Assembly: GCA_002269645.1 (NCBI GenBank) | Contig: NIVC01000181.1 | Location: 337,693-401,692, forward strand | Direction: 5' to 3' | Source of the DNA: Macrostomum lignano | Lineage: Eukaryota | Length of the DNA stretch: 64,000 nt | Shown here: positions 13,860 through 25,499 of the stretch, piece by piece | How positions within the stretch are numbered: the stretch's first letter is position 1 | Layout of the letters: each line of letters begins with the position of its first letter | Made by a program: the position numbers and the translations under genes | Notes under the pieces: model-generated | Told to the model about the DNA's origin: nothing | Seen by the model: the letters and a program-made list of their open reading frames with translations, nothing else | Databases searched by the model: none

Positions 13860-14915
13860 AGGATCTGGGAGGCTGGCGGTGGCCAAGCAACTGAGGATCT
13901 GGGAGGCTTGCACAGCAACTGAGGATCTGGGAGGCTGGCTCAGCAAATGAGGATCTGGGAGGCTGGCGGTGGCCAAGCAACTGGGGATCTGGGAGGCTTG
14001 CACAGCAACTGAGGATCTGGGAGGCTGGCGGTGGCCAAGCAACTGAGGATCTGGGAGGCTTGCACAGCAACTGAGGATCTGGGAGGCTGGCTCAGCAAAT
14101 GAGGATCTGGGAGGCTGGCGGTGGCCAAGCAACTGGGGATCTGGGAGACTGGCTCAGCAACTGAGGATATGGGAGGCTGGCGGTGGCCAAGCAACTGAGG
14201 ATCTGGGAGGCTGGCTCAGCAACTGGGGATCTGGAAGGCTGGCCCAGCAACTGAGGATCTGGGAGGCTGGCCCAGCAACTGAGGATCTGGGAGGCTGGCT
14301 CAGCAACTGAGGATCTGGGAGGCTGGCCCAGCAACTTAGGATCTGGGAGGCTGGCCCAGCAACTGAGGATCTGGGAGGCTGGCTCAGCAACTGAGGATCT
14401 GGGAGGCTGGCCCAGCAACTTAGGATCTGGGAGGCTGGCCCAGCAACTTAGGATCTGGGAGGCTGGCTCAGCAACTGAGGATCTGGGAGGCTGGCTCAGC
14501 AACTGAGGATCTGGGAGGCTGGCTCAGCAACTGAGGATCTGGGAGGCTGGCTCAGCAACTGAGGATCTGGGAGGCTGGCCCAGCAACTGAGGATCTGGGA
14601 GGCTGGCCCAGCAACTGAGGATCTGGGAGGCTGGTCCAGCAACTGAGGATCTGGAAGGCTGGCTCAGCAACTGAGGATCTGGGAGGCTGGCTCAGCAACT
14701 GAAAATCTGGGAGGCTGGCTCAGCAACTGAGGATCTGGGAGGCTGGCCCAGCAACTTAGGATCTGGGAGGCTGGCCCAGCAACTGAGGATCTGGGAGGCT
14801 GGCCCAGCAACTGAGGATCTGGGAGGCTGGTCCAGCAACTGAGGATCTGGGAGGCTGGCCCAGCAACTGAGGATCTGGGAGGCTGGTCCAGCAACTGAGG
14901 ATCTGGGAGGCTGGC
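13860..14915. repeat. 28-bp minisatellite (GAGGATCTGGGAGGCTGGCCCAGCAACT), array 1
   Basis: Tandem units; same family as 19073-19550. Confidence 0.95.
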
Positions 14916-15164
14916 AGAACAGCTTGAAGTAATCCGCTAGTTAACAGGTCAAAATTGTTTTAAGTCGTGGATCGCGATATGCTACCACTCAGAAAAAATA
15001 TTGAGTAGGATTGAACAGCAAACATAAAAATTTTGAAAAGTATGAAATTGCAGTTAATTAAGAATTTCTATGTGGATATTTTACTGTCTCTCAATGACAA
15101 TATTTTTAATGGTGCATTGATGATCATCTAGCAGTACTGAGGATCAACAGTCGAAGGCATCGCT

Positions 15165-17159
15165 TTAGTTTTCTATTTCGGAGAAAATGTCCTGAAAATC
15201 GATCGGCTCAGGCTCCGGGGCTTGAGGCTCTGTACCAGCGGCTTTCTCCATCTTCAGGTGCCGCTTGAAATCGTGAAAACAAACCGCCGAATGGAACCGA
15301 TAGAAAACCTGCAGCGGCATCAGCAGCAGCGAGACCGTGTCCCGTGATTGCTGGGGAAAAAGAAGCTGAAGCACAGGGAGCTCAGGATCCACTCGGCTGC
15401 GTTGACCACCATCATGATGTTGATCAGTGCACGGATCTTGGGCTCAGACCGTTGTGCTGGCGCGGCTCGCTTTTCTGGTCCAACCCGCTCTCATCTGACC
15501 CGCTCTGGCCTGACCCGCTCTGGCCTGACCCGCTCTGGCCTGACCCGCTCTGGCCTGACCCGCTCTGGCCTGACCCGCTCTGGCCTGACCCGCTCTGGCC
15601 TGACCCACTCTGGCCTGACCCGCTCTGGCCTGACCTGCTCTGGCCTGACCCTCTCTGGCCTGACGCAGACATTTTGGTAAATAACCTGCTTAGAAACTTA
15701 TAAAGTAGGTTGGAGTCAGAAAACTTGTTAACAAGTATCCACTCCAGCAGAATAGACTGGACAGAGCTCTGTATGATATTGAAAAATCCATTGGCTATTT
15801 TTAGATTGATTCGAATGTGTTTCAGCTCGGGCAGCTGCCGCTGGCGGGGCAGGAGGCCCAGCATCGTCATGTTTGCGAATTCCGCACCATTCAAGTCGTG
15901 CATTTTTAGCTGAGGGTTGAATATATTGCCAAGCAGGCTGTACAGGCCGTTCAGCAGGATGGCAGCCGAGCCGAGCCAGAGCAGCAGACGGTCAGCCAGG
16001 TGGCTCGCGCCCAGCGGCTTTTTGTCGCTGCGCCTGACGTAACCCGACAGCAAGACGAGGCCCAGGAGGCCACAGCTGTGCAGAAAGACCAGCAAGGCGT
16101 TGAAGACGATCCATTTGACGTCATCGTGCTTGTCCTCGAAGCCAACAAAGGCGGCACCGGCCACTGAGATGAGCAGGAGCAGCAAGCTTAAGAGAAACAT
16201 CAACGAGTGCTGCCGAATTGTGTCGGCCTCGGAGGACTGCAGCCTCAGCGAGTCGTCGGATTGACGCAGCAGAGCTTTGATCTTTGACCGAGCGGCGTCG
16301 AGGTCGCTTGACTTCTGGACGCGAAGTTGCTTAGCCAGTAGGCCCATGTTGGACAGCATTGTAAAGGCCAGCAACGAGGCCATGACGCAATATTCGATTT
16401 GAAACGGATAGAGCAGGTCGTTGATGTGGTTAATTGAGAGTTTCTCACAGTAAGATCCTTCTTTAATTGATCTCTCTGCCCCTTTGATGCCCTGCAACTC
16501 CAGGCCGACCGTGGCGAACCATACGGAAATGTTGGCAGCCATGATGGTGGACAGCAGGACCAGGACAGTCCCAGCCTCCGCTGAATGGATAGATTTCTGA
16601 ACTTGAAGGCCAGCCTGATCTGCAGTGAAGCAAAGACAAGCTGCAGCACCCACCAGATAATCAGAAATATAGAGTGCGCCTCCCACACCGAATGATTGCA
16701 TTGCTCGATGACCTTACAGATGCACTCGAACATCTTCGATAGACAGGTTGGCAGGGCGAAAAGCACGAAGGTGATCACGAACAGAGTTGACAGCCGGTTG
16801 CCAGGCTTGTGCTTCACCTCGATGGTGGATGGCAGGTTCTCAATTTTGAGGTTGCCAATCATGGCCGTCCCTTCCCAGTGACTGAGCGCTAGGCACTCGA
16901 GCAGAGCCGTGGCAACAATAGCCGCAGACACAATAACGCAGCGGTAACCCAGGCAGAGTTCCCAGAACTTCGACGTGTCGCAGTCGTCTCGCGTGCAGAC
17001 CTTGTCCTTCTGGCTCTGCTCGTAGGTTCGCAGTTCCATAGCGAATGAAAAAAATATCAGCAGCAGCAGCAGAGCAATGCCTGAGATCTTCGAGGCGACG
17101 CTCAGTGTAGCTGAAGCAACCTTTGTGGTTTCTGTAGCTGGAGGACCAGCTGGCGGATC
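15165..17159 (-). pseudogene. OTOP: Otopetrin-family proton channel, frame-disrupted as assembled (pseudogene or assembly indels); 5' exon not found
   Basis: Otopetrin motifs VLQLVFASLQ..LSIQR, IMAANISVW, LLYPFQIEYCVMA, IIQSSVQSI, MMVVNAAEW and MPLQVFYRFHSAVCF are spread over successive frames. Acceptor CCGCAG at 17160 opens a frame containing a TM1-like GIALLLLLIFFSFAM. Frame breaks near 16560, 15490-15670 and 15350. Confidence 0.75.
15483..15665. repeat. 15-bp minisatellite (CTGACCCGCTCTGGC) inside the otopetrin locus
   Basis: Tandem units; read in frame as SGQSG repeats on the minus strand. Confidence 0.95.
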
Positions 17160-17277
17160 CTGCGGTACGGATTCGATGATGCGGAAGAAACAGATTAAAG
17201 GTATTTAAGCGAAAGGCATTCGAGTATTAGTGTATTAAAAAAATAATACATAGACTGCAAGGGATCTACGAGTACAA

Positions 17278-17586
17278 GGGGCTGTAGCCCAGTGGTTTGA
17301 GCGTCGGACTCACGAGTTGAAGGTCGGGGGTTCGATTCCTGATCCACTCGGAACAATTTGTGTCCTTGAGCAAGACACTTAACTCTGCATTGCTTCAGTT
17401 CACCCAGCTGTAAAATGGGTGCCAGCATTAGCTGGGGTACATGTAATTGAGGGTGCGTGTGGCGACCCCCCAGTCCTTGGACTGAACAGCCATACGCAGC
17501 CTTCAGATGCGCCGCGCAATAGCTGCGGCTGAGCTGTCGGTTGCACATCTGGCCCAGTTGCGGCAGGTGTAATCAATTATTGTTAT
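17278..17586 (+). mobile_element. tRNA-derived SINE family 1, copy 2
   Basis: GGGGCTGTAGCCCAGTGG A box, GGTTCGATTCC B box, same body and ATT-rich tail as copy 1. Confidence 0.85.
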
Positions 17587-17878
17587 TAGATCTACTGAAC
17601 AAGTAGCGAATAGGAAGCGAATTTCTCATAGTGTACGTGCGCAAAAAATGTCGCGCACTGCACCGATAGTTACATGTAATTAAATGAAACTTTGAATACA
17701 ATCGAATTTGCATAGAAACATAAAAGCATATTTCATATACCTGGGAATCGGCAGAGCGATGCTGTGCTGATAGCTGGCCCACAGGATCATCAAGTTGGTC
17801 AGTCTGGCACTCCCGACTTGTCTGTGAATAAAAAAAATGTGTCCGAGCTCGATACGCCTGTAGTTGCAACGAATCTTA

Positions 17879-18182
17879 CGAGAAGGACGGGAAACCTCGT
17901 TTCTTGGAAAATTTTTAAAGGCAGGCTTTCCAAGAAATACAACATGGAGATAGGAAGTTTTCATTTTTTCAGCACAAAAACTGTTATTGCTTTTGATAAG
18001 AGGCAGATCCAGTGTTCATCTTTTGATATGTTGTGCCTTTCTTAATGCTCTATCAATATTCACATAGAATCCTAACTCTTTGAACGAAAAGCTTTACGAA
18101 TATCAATAGAGCAATAAGAAAGGCACAACATATCAAAAGATATGACAAGAAAGAAACGAGGTTTCTCGTCCTTCTACGCTCG
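17879..18182. mobile_element. Palindromic MITE with TA flanks (Tc1/mariner-like)
   Basis: About 27-bp TIRs (CGAGAAGGACGGGAAACCTCGTTTCTT and its reverse complement at 18151-18178), TA at 17877-17878 and 18183-18184, inner 44-bp inverted repeat. Confidence 0.55.
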
Positions 18183-19072
18183 TACTTAAGTCGTCCTTGG
18201 CTAACGCCTGTACTGACTGACTAATGAGTAACAAGCTGGTTGATCAGCTTCACGCGACTTTCAAGACACGAAAAGAGAATATTGAAACTTACTAAAGGGC
18301 TACAAGATAATAAAGATTAAGCCAGTCGAGTCCAACCGAGTGGCAGAAATAAGCATAAGCCAAAATGCTGAAGTCCAGGACTCCAAAATGGCTAGAATCG
18401 ATTATAAATCAACTGAACTCACATTCATCCTTGCAGCACCGGCTTAAAGACTTGTGGTTCAATAATAAAAAACTTCTGATGACTTCAAAGCGTTAACCTG
18501 TTAAGACAGTGACGGATTATATCGGCTTTCGAAATCGGCAGCAAAAGTTACTTGGCTGAATAAACATTCATCCTGTTTGCAAGGTCAGATTGAAGTCCAC
18601 CGGATATAAACCACCGAAAATCCGGAGACAGTATCTGATAAGTCATTTTAATTTAACTAGAATTAATCCTTGCCCCCGGGGGGCACAGCTCATGTACAGG
18701 ATGCAAGTTTTACAGCCCCAGCTACTATCAGTTGAAATTTATTAACAAGCAGTAAACACTTGCAGCCAACACTTCGGCTTTAGTGGGTATGCGGTGAAAC
18801 AGAAAATTCGCTTATTATTTGGTTTATATTGTTGCTCAAAAGATTAAATAATTATATCAGGATTAAACAGTAAAGCTTATGGCCCGACAATACTACGGGA
18901 CCATCCAGCTTCCTACATCATTTGTCAGCATGAAAATGAAAACTAAAACTAAACTGAATAGAAAATAAAACTGCTTTATTTTGTTAAACAGTATAAGGAG
19001 TGCGGATTTTGCACGTGCGACAGGATCGCTCAGGGTGGAATAGCGGCTGTTCCTGCGACTGCCTCTCTGAGC

Positions 19073-19550
19073 CCAGTTGCTGAGGATCTGGGAGGCTGGC
19101 CCAGCAACTGGGGATCTGGGAGGCTGGCCCAGCAACTGAGGATCCGGGAGGCTGGCCCAGCAACTGAGGATCTGGGAGGCTGGCCCAGCAACTGGGGATC
19201 TGGGAGGCTGGCCCAGCAACTGGGGATCTGGGAGGCTGGCTCAGCAACTGAGGATCTGGGAGGCTGGCGCAGCAACTGAGGATCTGGGAGGCTGGCTCAG
19301 CAACTGAGGATCTGGGAGGCTGGCGCAGCAACTGAGGATCTGGGAGGCTGGCGCAGCAACTGAGGATCTGGGAGGCTGGCGCAGCAACTGAGGATCTGGG
19401 AGGCTGGCCCAGCAACTGAGGATCTGGGAGGCTGGCGGTGGCCACCAACTGAGGATCTGGGAGGCTGGCGGTGGCCCACCAACTGAGGATCTGGGAGGCT
19501 GGCGGTGGCCCACCAACTGAGGATCTGGGACCCAGCAATTAAGGATCTGG
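19073..19550. repeat. 28-bp minisatellite, array 2 (same unit and orientation as 13860-14915)
   Basis: Tandem units, including the GGCGGTGGCC variant seen in array 1. Confidence 0.95.
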
Positions 19551-19844
19551 AAGGCCTAGGCTGGTTTCTGAGGATCAATTAAAGCAGGAAAAGCCGCTAT
19601 TGAATGGACAAATTAACTGAAGAAAAGAACAAGCAGGATTAAAAATACGAGATCAGACAGACCATGGGATTAAACTATACAAGACTGGGATAAAAAGGTG
19701 CTCGAGCCTTGGGGACAATAAAAAACAAAGCAAAGAAGCGAAATCGGGATCTGTCTAAGATATTTCACCTTTGTATTGTGTATTGAGTGATGATGATTGA
19801 TTAATAAATTTTGCCGTGCAATAGCAATAAAACAGACACGGAGC

Positions 19845-19858
19845 GTTGCTATGGTGAC
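19845..19858. promoter_or_regulatory. RFX X-box-like motif upstream of the otopetrin locus
   Basis: GTTGCTATGGTGAC (reverse GTCACC-AT-AGCAAC) fits GTNRCC-N(0-3)-RGYAAC; motif match only. Confidence 0.35.
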
Positions 19859-20254
19859 TGTGGCTACTAAGCGTTAGACATTAGCCTGTAATATTTGACG
19901 CACGCAATGACGCAAGAGACTGCACAGACAGCTAAATTTACTCTGTATTAAAAGTTTTGCTTCCGAACAACGCAAAGGAAAACGGTGGTGGCTTAAATGA
20001 ATTTTCTAATTAATCAGAGGAAATCTCCGTTTAACTGAAATTATAACATTAAGAAAATAATTATTTATATGACACAGAAAACCAAACACCAACGGCGTAC
20101 AAATTATTAATTAATAAATATTCAGAACCACAATACAGAATAAGCAAAAAAATTAATAATAGCGTGAAATCCCTCGAGAGCTGAATAAACCTATGATAAG
20201 CTTTTTGATTTTTTTTATGCGGCAATATGCTGCACTAGGGAAGGTTAATCATTG

Positions 20255-20830
20255 GCTACTTCTCGTGTCTATTTCTTACTTATCCACTTCTCATGTCTAC
20301 CTTTCACTGTCTACTTCTTGTGTCTACCTTTCACTTGTCTACTTCTCGTGTCTATTTCTTATTTATATACTTCTCATGTCTACCTTTCACTGTCTACTTC
20401 TCGTGCCTACCTTTCACTTGTCTACTTCTCGTATCTACCTTTCACTTGTCTACTTCTCGTGTCTACCTTTCACTTGTCTACTTCTCGTATCTACCTTTTA
20501 CTTGTCTACTTCTCGTATCTACCTTTTACTTGTCTACTTCTCGTATCTACCTTTTACTTGTCTACTTCTCGTGTCTACCTTTCACTTGTCTACTTCTCGT
20601 GTCTACCTTTCACTTGTCTACTTCTAGTGTCTACCTTTCACTTGTCTACTTCTAGTGTCTACCTTTCACTTGTCTACTTCTCGTATCTACCTTTTACTTG
20701 TCTACTTCTCGTGTCTACCTTTCACTTGTCTTCTTCTCGTGTCTACCTTTCACTTGTCTACTTCTAGTGTCTACCTTTCACTTGTCTACTTCTAGTGTCT
20801 ACCTTTTACTTGTCTACTTCTAGTGTCTCG
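20255..20830. repeat. 28-bp minisatellite (GTCTACCTTTCACTTGTCTACTTCTCGT)
   Basis: Tandem units. Confidence 0.9.
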
Positions 20831-21052
20831 TGTCTAGATCACTGTTAGAATAACGGGTTTGACTCGGGACAATAGAAAAAATGGACAACAGAGCAAAAAA
20901 AGCCAGAAAAAAACGATAGTTACTTTATGGGTCTAATATATATGTATATATTATTGTCACGACAAATAAGAAAATAATGTGTTTTATGTGTAGTCAAACT
21001 CTTGCAATTCAACAAACACCTTCCCATTCTTCCCTCTCTCTCTCTCTTAATC

Positions 21053-22075
21053 TCACTCATCGGCGGTGGCCTGCCGATAGGAGCCGGGGAAGTACGGCGA
21101 TGGAGCATTCAGGTTGGCCGGCTGCTTCAGGGCGTCCTCGTATTTAGGCGGCACCGGCGGCACCGGCGGGTGCATCATCAGCAGGTGCGGATCGGTGGCC
21201 GTCTCGGAGTCCATGTCGTCGTCCTCGGCGTCAAATTCGCCGAGGCCGCGTCGGACAGAGCGGAGATGGCCGGCCTCCTTGCGCAGCAGGAACTTGTAGC
21301 AGGCCCAGACCATGCCGAGCAGGTAAGCCTTGACCATCAGGTACAGCATGCAGGCTACCAGCATCACGAAGCCAAGGGTGGCATCGTCCAGGCCAAGGAG
21401 GAAGCGGCGAACGGCGGCGTCGTGCGGCCAGCGATGTCCGGACAGCCAGGCCTTGGCGTCGGGCAGGTAGGAGAAATAGCCGACCACGGTGAGACAGTTG
21501 ATGACAAAGTCGAACAGCTGCATGCAGAAGTAGGGCATGAGGTACTTGGCCCGCTCCCGCAGGGTGCCAACCACCAGCAGCAGGGCGAGCAGCAGGCTGA
21601 CAAGGCCGATCAGCAGCAGCAGGGCGTGGTCCTGACGGCGCAGCTTGTGATGCCGGCGAAGGTTGCCGGCGCCGCCGACTTCAATAGCTGGCAGCGACGG
21701 TTCGTCGACCGACTCGGCGGCGGCGGAGGCCGACGGAGCAGCGGTGGGCACCACATTCGGCAAAACGTCACCGACGCCTTTGGCATCCGGCTGATTAGTC
21801 GACAAGTCGGAGCTGGCGGCGCCGTTGCCAAGGCGACCGCCGATGCAGGACAGCAGGCTCGGATTGATGAGCACAGCCAACAGGAAGCTGACTACGAATA
21901 GCTGCACCCACACCTGCCACAGGCCCAGCAGCAGGGTGCCGGTCTTCACGTGCAGGCACAGGCAGCAGCGGTATTCAGCGGCATTGGCAGCGGCAGGGTC
22001 CAGATCCCCCGCTGAGCGGCCAGAGCTGCCGCGCTCGCGTAGCGTCTGGCCCGGTCGGAGTAGGCGAAATATCAT
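21053..22075 (-). CDS. LAPTM4: Lysosomal-associated transmembrane protein 4 (LAPTM4A/B-like), intronless CDS, 340 aa
   Basis: ATG at 22075. RCCLCLHVKTGTLLLGLW N-terminal motif, four hydrophobic segments, YLMPYFCMQLFDF, YLLGMVWACYKFL, and C-terminal PPKY (PPxY) motif. Confidence 0.85.
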   Translation of the reverse strand: MIFRLLRPGQTLRERGSSGRSAGDLDPAAANAAEYRCCLCLHVKTGTLLLGLWQVWVQLFVVSFLLAVLINPSLLSCIGGRLGNGAASSDLSTNQPDAKGVGDVLPNVVPTAAPSASAAAESVDEPSLPAIEVGGAGNLRRHHKLRRQDHALLLLIGLVSLLLALLLVVGTLRERAKYLMPYFCMQLFDFVINCLTVVGYFSYLPDAKAWLSGHRWPHDAAVRRFLLGLDDATLGFVMLVACMLYLMVKAYLLGMVWACYKFLLRKEAGHLRSVRRGLGEFDAEDDDMDSETATDPHLLMMHPPVPPVPPKYEDALKQPANLNAPSPYFPGSYRQATADE

Positions 22076-22129
22076 TGCCAGTGGCTGCGGGCGGGCGGCG
22101 GGGACTGCCTGTGAGATCCCTGAGTCCCA

Positions 22130-22825
22130 AAATCCCACCTGTCTGTGATATAGCTAGTCCATAAATCCCACCTGTCTGTGATATAGCTAGTCCATAAATC
22201 CCACCTGTCTGTGATATAGCTAGTCCATAAATCCCACCTGTCTGTGATATAGCTAGTCCATAAATCCCACCTGTCTGTGATATAGCTAGTCCATAAATCT
22301 CACCTGTCTGTGATATAGCTAGTCCATAAATCTCACCTGTCTGTAATATCGCTAGTCCCCTAACTCTCTCCTGTCTGTGATAGCTAGTCCATAAATCTCA
22401 CCTGTCTGTGATATAGCTAGTCCCCTAAATCTCACCTGTCTGTGATATAGCTAGTCCCCTAAATCTCACCTGTCTGTGATATAGCTAGTCCCCTAAATCT
22501 CACCTGTCTGTGATATAGCTAGTCCATAAATCTCACCTGTCTGTGATATAGCTAGTCCATAAATCTCACCTGTCTGTGATATAGCTAGTCCATAAATCTC
22601 ACCTGTCTGTGATATAGCTAGTCCATAAATCTCACCTGTCTGTGATATAGCTAGTCCATAAATCTCACCTGTCTGTGATATAGCTAGTCCCCTAAATCTC
22701 ACCTGTCTGTGATATAGCTAGTCCATAAATCTCACCTGTCTGTGATATAGCTAGTCCCCTAAATCTCACCTGTCTGTGATATAGCTAGTCCATAAATCTC
22801 ACCTGTCTGTGATATAGCTAGTCCA
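22130..22825. repeat. 33-bp minisatellite (AAATCTCACCTGTCTGTGATATAGCTAGTCCAT)
   Basis: Tandem units immediately upstream of LAPTM4. Confidence 0.95.
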
Positions 22826-23329
22826 AATATATTATATCCAGCCGAAAGTAAAACACAATTAAACATACTTTATCTTAAAAATAGCATAAACAATTGCACA
22901 ATAGAATTTATTTAGAACACTTTATTCAAGTCAAGCTAGTAATCAAGCAAAAGAAATCAATAGCAATCAATAGATAAAATACAACAGGAACTCGATAATG
23001 ATTCTTATATAATTATGAATTATATGAAGGTACATCTAACCTACTAAATATATTGAGGAAATGCAGATGCTGCAAATTTGATTCTGAATAAAACGTGGAT
23101 ACAAGCAATCTACGATACAATTAATAAAAAATATACAATTGTCTGACAAATATGTTCCCTAAAACACTATGACTGACTGAAGACTGAATCAATGGAATGC
23201 AATCATAGTGTTTAGGTTGACTATAACTTTTATAAAATAATATTTTTCACTGGATGGTATTAAGTCCAATTGAAGAGCTTAACTATTTGTGATAGGAAAG
23301 AGATTTTTACAGAGAATTTACTAGCTCTT

Positions 23330-23545
23330 TCAGGGAATTTACTTGATTTCTTGGAGGAATTTAGTTTATTCTGGGGGAATTTAGTAGCTTCTAAGGGGGG
23401 AATTTAATGTTCTGGGGGGGATTAAGTTGATTCTTTGGAGAATTTAGTTGATTCTTGGGGGAATTTAGTCGATTTGTTGGGGGAATTTAGTTGATTTGTT
23501 GGGGAAATTTAGTCGATTTGTTGGGGGAATTTAGTCGATTCTTGT
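23330..23545. repeat. About 22-bp degenerate minisatellite (GGGGGAATTTAGTTGATTTGTT)
   Basis: Tandem degenerate units in the presumed TLDc 3' UTR. Confidence 0.75.
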
Positions 23546-23616
23546 ATGCCAGTGAAATAGCAAAGAGAAACGCTTAGAAAGACCGGAGCCCGAGAAATTC
23601 AGCAACTATAACAAAT

Positions 23617-24298
23617 TTAGAACTCCGGCTTCAGCAATCTAGCCGGCCCCTCATCGGAGGACCCCCGCCCGGTGCCGAGCTCCGCCTCGCGGCCCTCAAT
23701 AGCCTGGGCATTGTTGCCGGCATTCTTAACTCCGCCCCATTCCAACAGTTGCCGATCGACATTCTTCTCCCAGCCGGCCGTGCCATCCTGCACCAGACGC
23801 AGCTTCCGGTCCCTGGCCGCGGCCGCGAGGCGCCGGTCCCGCTCCCGCTCCTCGCGCAGCCGCTCCACCAGGCCGGGATCGCCAAGGCCGATGGCGCGCA
23901 GGCGGGCCAGCTTATCCGGCACGCCGAACACCGACAGGGTGTCGAGCTCCGGGCCGATTAGTACAACTGGCGAGCCGCCGCGGCCCATAGCAACGCCGCG
24001 CGTGCCGACGCTGGCTTTGAGATTGGCGTAGACCAAGCCCGAACCAGAGAGCAGGACGCGCAGCTCGGGCGCGGTCTGAGTCAGACGGCAGTCGGCCTCG
24101 CCGTAGGCTTGCCAGGCCTCGCGGAAGCCGCGATCAGCGGCGCAGCAGAACTGCCGGCCGTCAGCAGCCTCGGCCAGGAGTAGCGTCGGGCCGTCGTAGT
24201 CGAATGCCAGCTGTGTCAGCTGACTGGGACTGCGCAGCTCCCTGCGGACGGGCCAAAGTATAGCGGTTATCCTTACAGTCTGTATCTGTTTGTGTGTG

Positions 24299-24391
<93 letters not shown>

Positions 24392-25316
24392 GTCTGTTCT
24401 TGAAGTCTAGGGCATTCTCAGAAGAAATAAAATATCAAACTACGCACATGCTGAGTCTTTCCGAAGCAGAAAATTTCTATTTCACTACTTCAAGTAGCCA
24501 GGTAAGCTAACACGAGTACCCTCACCTGTCAGTGTCGTACAGCAGCTGAGCCGTGGGGAAGCCAGCCAAGAACACGGGCGGCAGCTGGCAGGCCAGGATC
24601 CAAGCCAGCCAGGGCTCCAGCACGCCAGCAGGCGGACTTGGCGACGCGATGGTAGCCGGAGACGAGATTGGCAGCGGAGAGCGAAGGCAGACCAGCAGGG
24701 CGGAGGTCGGCTCGGACAGCAGCTGCGGCAGGTGGCGACCCACCAGACGGGCCAATTCGGCACTGGCGTCGAAGTCTTCGTCAGCATCGTCGGTCTCGGC
24801 TGGCGGCGGAGCCGGCGGCTTCAGCAGTCGGGCCATCGCCGATCGCAGACAGTCGGGCACAGACGCGTCCCCGCGGCTCAACCAGGCTGTCTCCAGCACC
24901 GAGTCGGCCGCCGCAAACTCGTCATCATTGCTGTCCACCAAGGACAGCAGCTTCAGCAGGAGCATCCGCTGAGCGTCGCCGGCCGACGAGCTCCGACCGG
25001 TCGCAGCGGCAGTTGTCGCCGCCTCCAACCGGTTGTGAAACTCGGCCAGGTCCTCGGCGGTCAGGAACTCCCGGCCGGGCCGGGCGGCAGTCAGCCAGGC
25101 AGCTCTGATGAGGCGCTGCGGCAGCTGGCAGGAGGCGAACAGCTCGACAAAGCCGGCCTCCGTGAGCAGCCGCTTGCCAGACGAGTCTGTGAAATCCGCG
25201 ACTCGAGCGAATGCGGCCGATGTCGGATGCTGCTCTGGCTGATGAAGCTGCTTCTGATGCTGAGATGCTGCATCAGCTTCTGAGCTCTGATGACCGCTGG
25301 GCTGGCTCTGACCCAT
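23617..25316 (-). CDS. TLDc-domain protein (MEAK7/TLDC-like architecture; orthology not established)
   Basis: Exons 25316-24526 and 24241-23617, with a phase-2 GT-AG intron holding a (GACA)n array. Spliced sequence LLYDTDR-ELRS..L....DYDGPTLLL..ADGRQF matches the TLDc start pattern; LVYANLK..VGTRGVAMG follows; N-terminus MGQSQ. Confidence 0.75.
24292..24392. repeat. (GTCT)n microsatellite
   Basis: In the TLDc intron. Confidence 0.95.
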
Positions 25317-25499
25317 TCAAATTCCTTTCTTTTTACAGTGGATTGGAGAATACCGCTGGCTGTAATGTTGGGAAAAAACAACTGACAACTGAGTTTATGC
25401 TGCCGCCTGAGGACTTTCCTGAGCTAATGGTCATTATGTCCACTTTATCAGCTGTCTCACCTGTCTGCTCTGTATTTTATCTTGATTCGGGTTCTCACT

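Noticed and set aside
15340-16580. Programmed -1 ribosomal frameshifting in otopetrin
   Set aside because: No canonical slippery heptamer at the first break; T TTC CCC at the last is atypical; three programmed shifts in one gene are implausible.
17278-17350. tRNA-like heads here and at 13055-13127, 58705-58776 and 60125-60197 as tRNA genes
   Set aside because: A and B boxes are present, but acceptor and anticodon stems do not pair and each head continues into a shared SINE body.
14941-18505. TTAACAGGTCAA / TTAACCTGTTAA as piggyBac ends around otopetrin
   Set aside because: Wrong relative orientation for paired termini; short and nearly self-palindromic.
21002-21901. Antisense and alternate-frame ORFs over LAPTM4, TLDc and Cav3 exons
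   Set aside because: Shadows of GC-rich coding sequence with no recognisable motifs.
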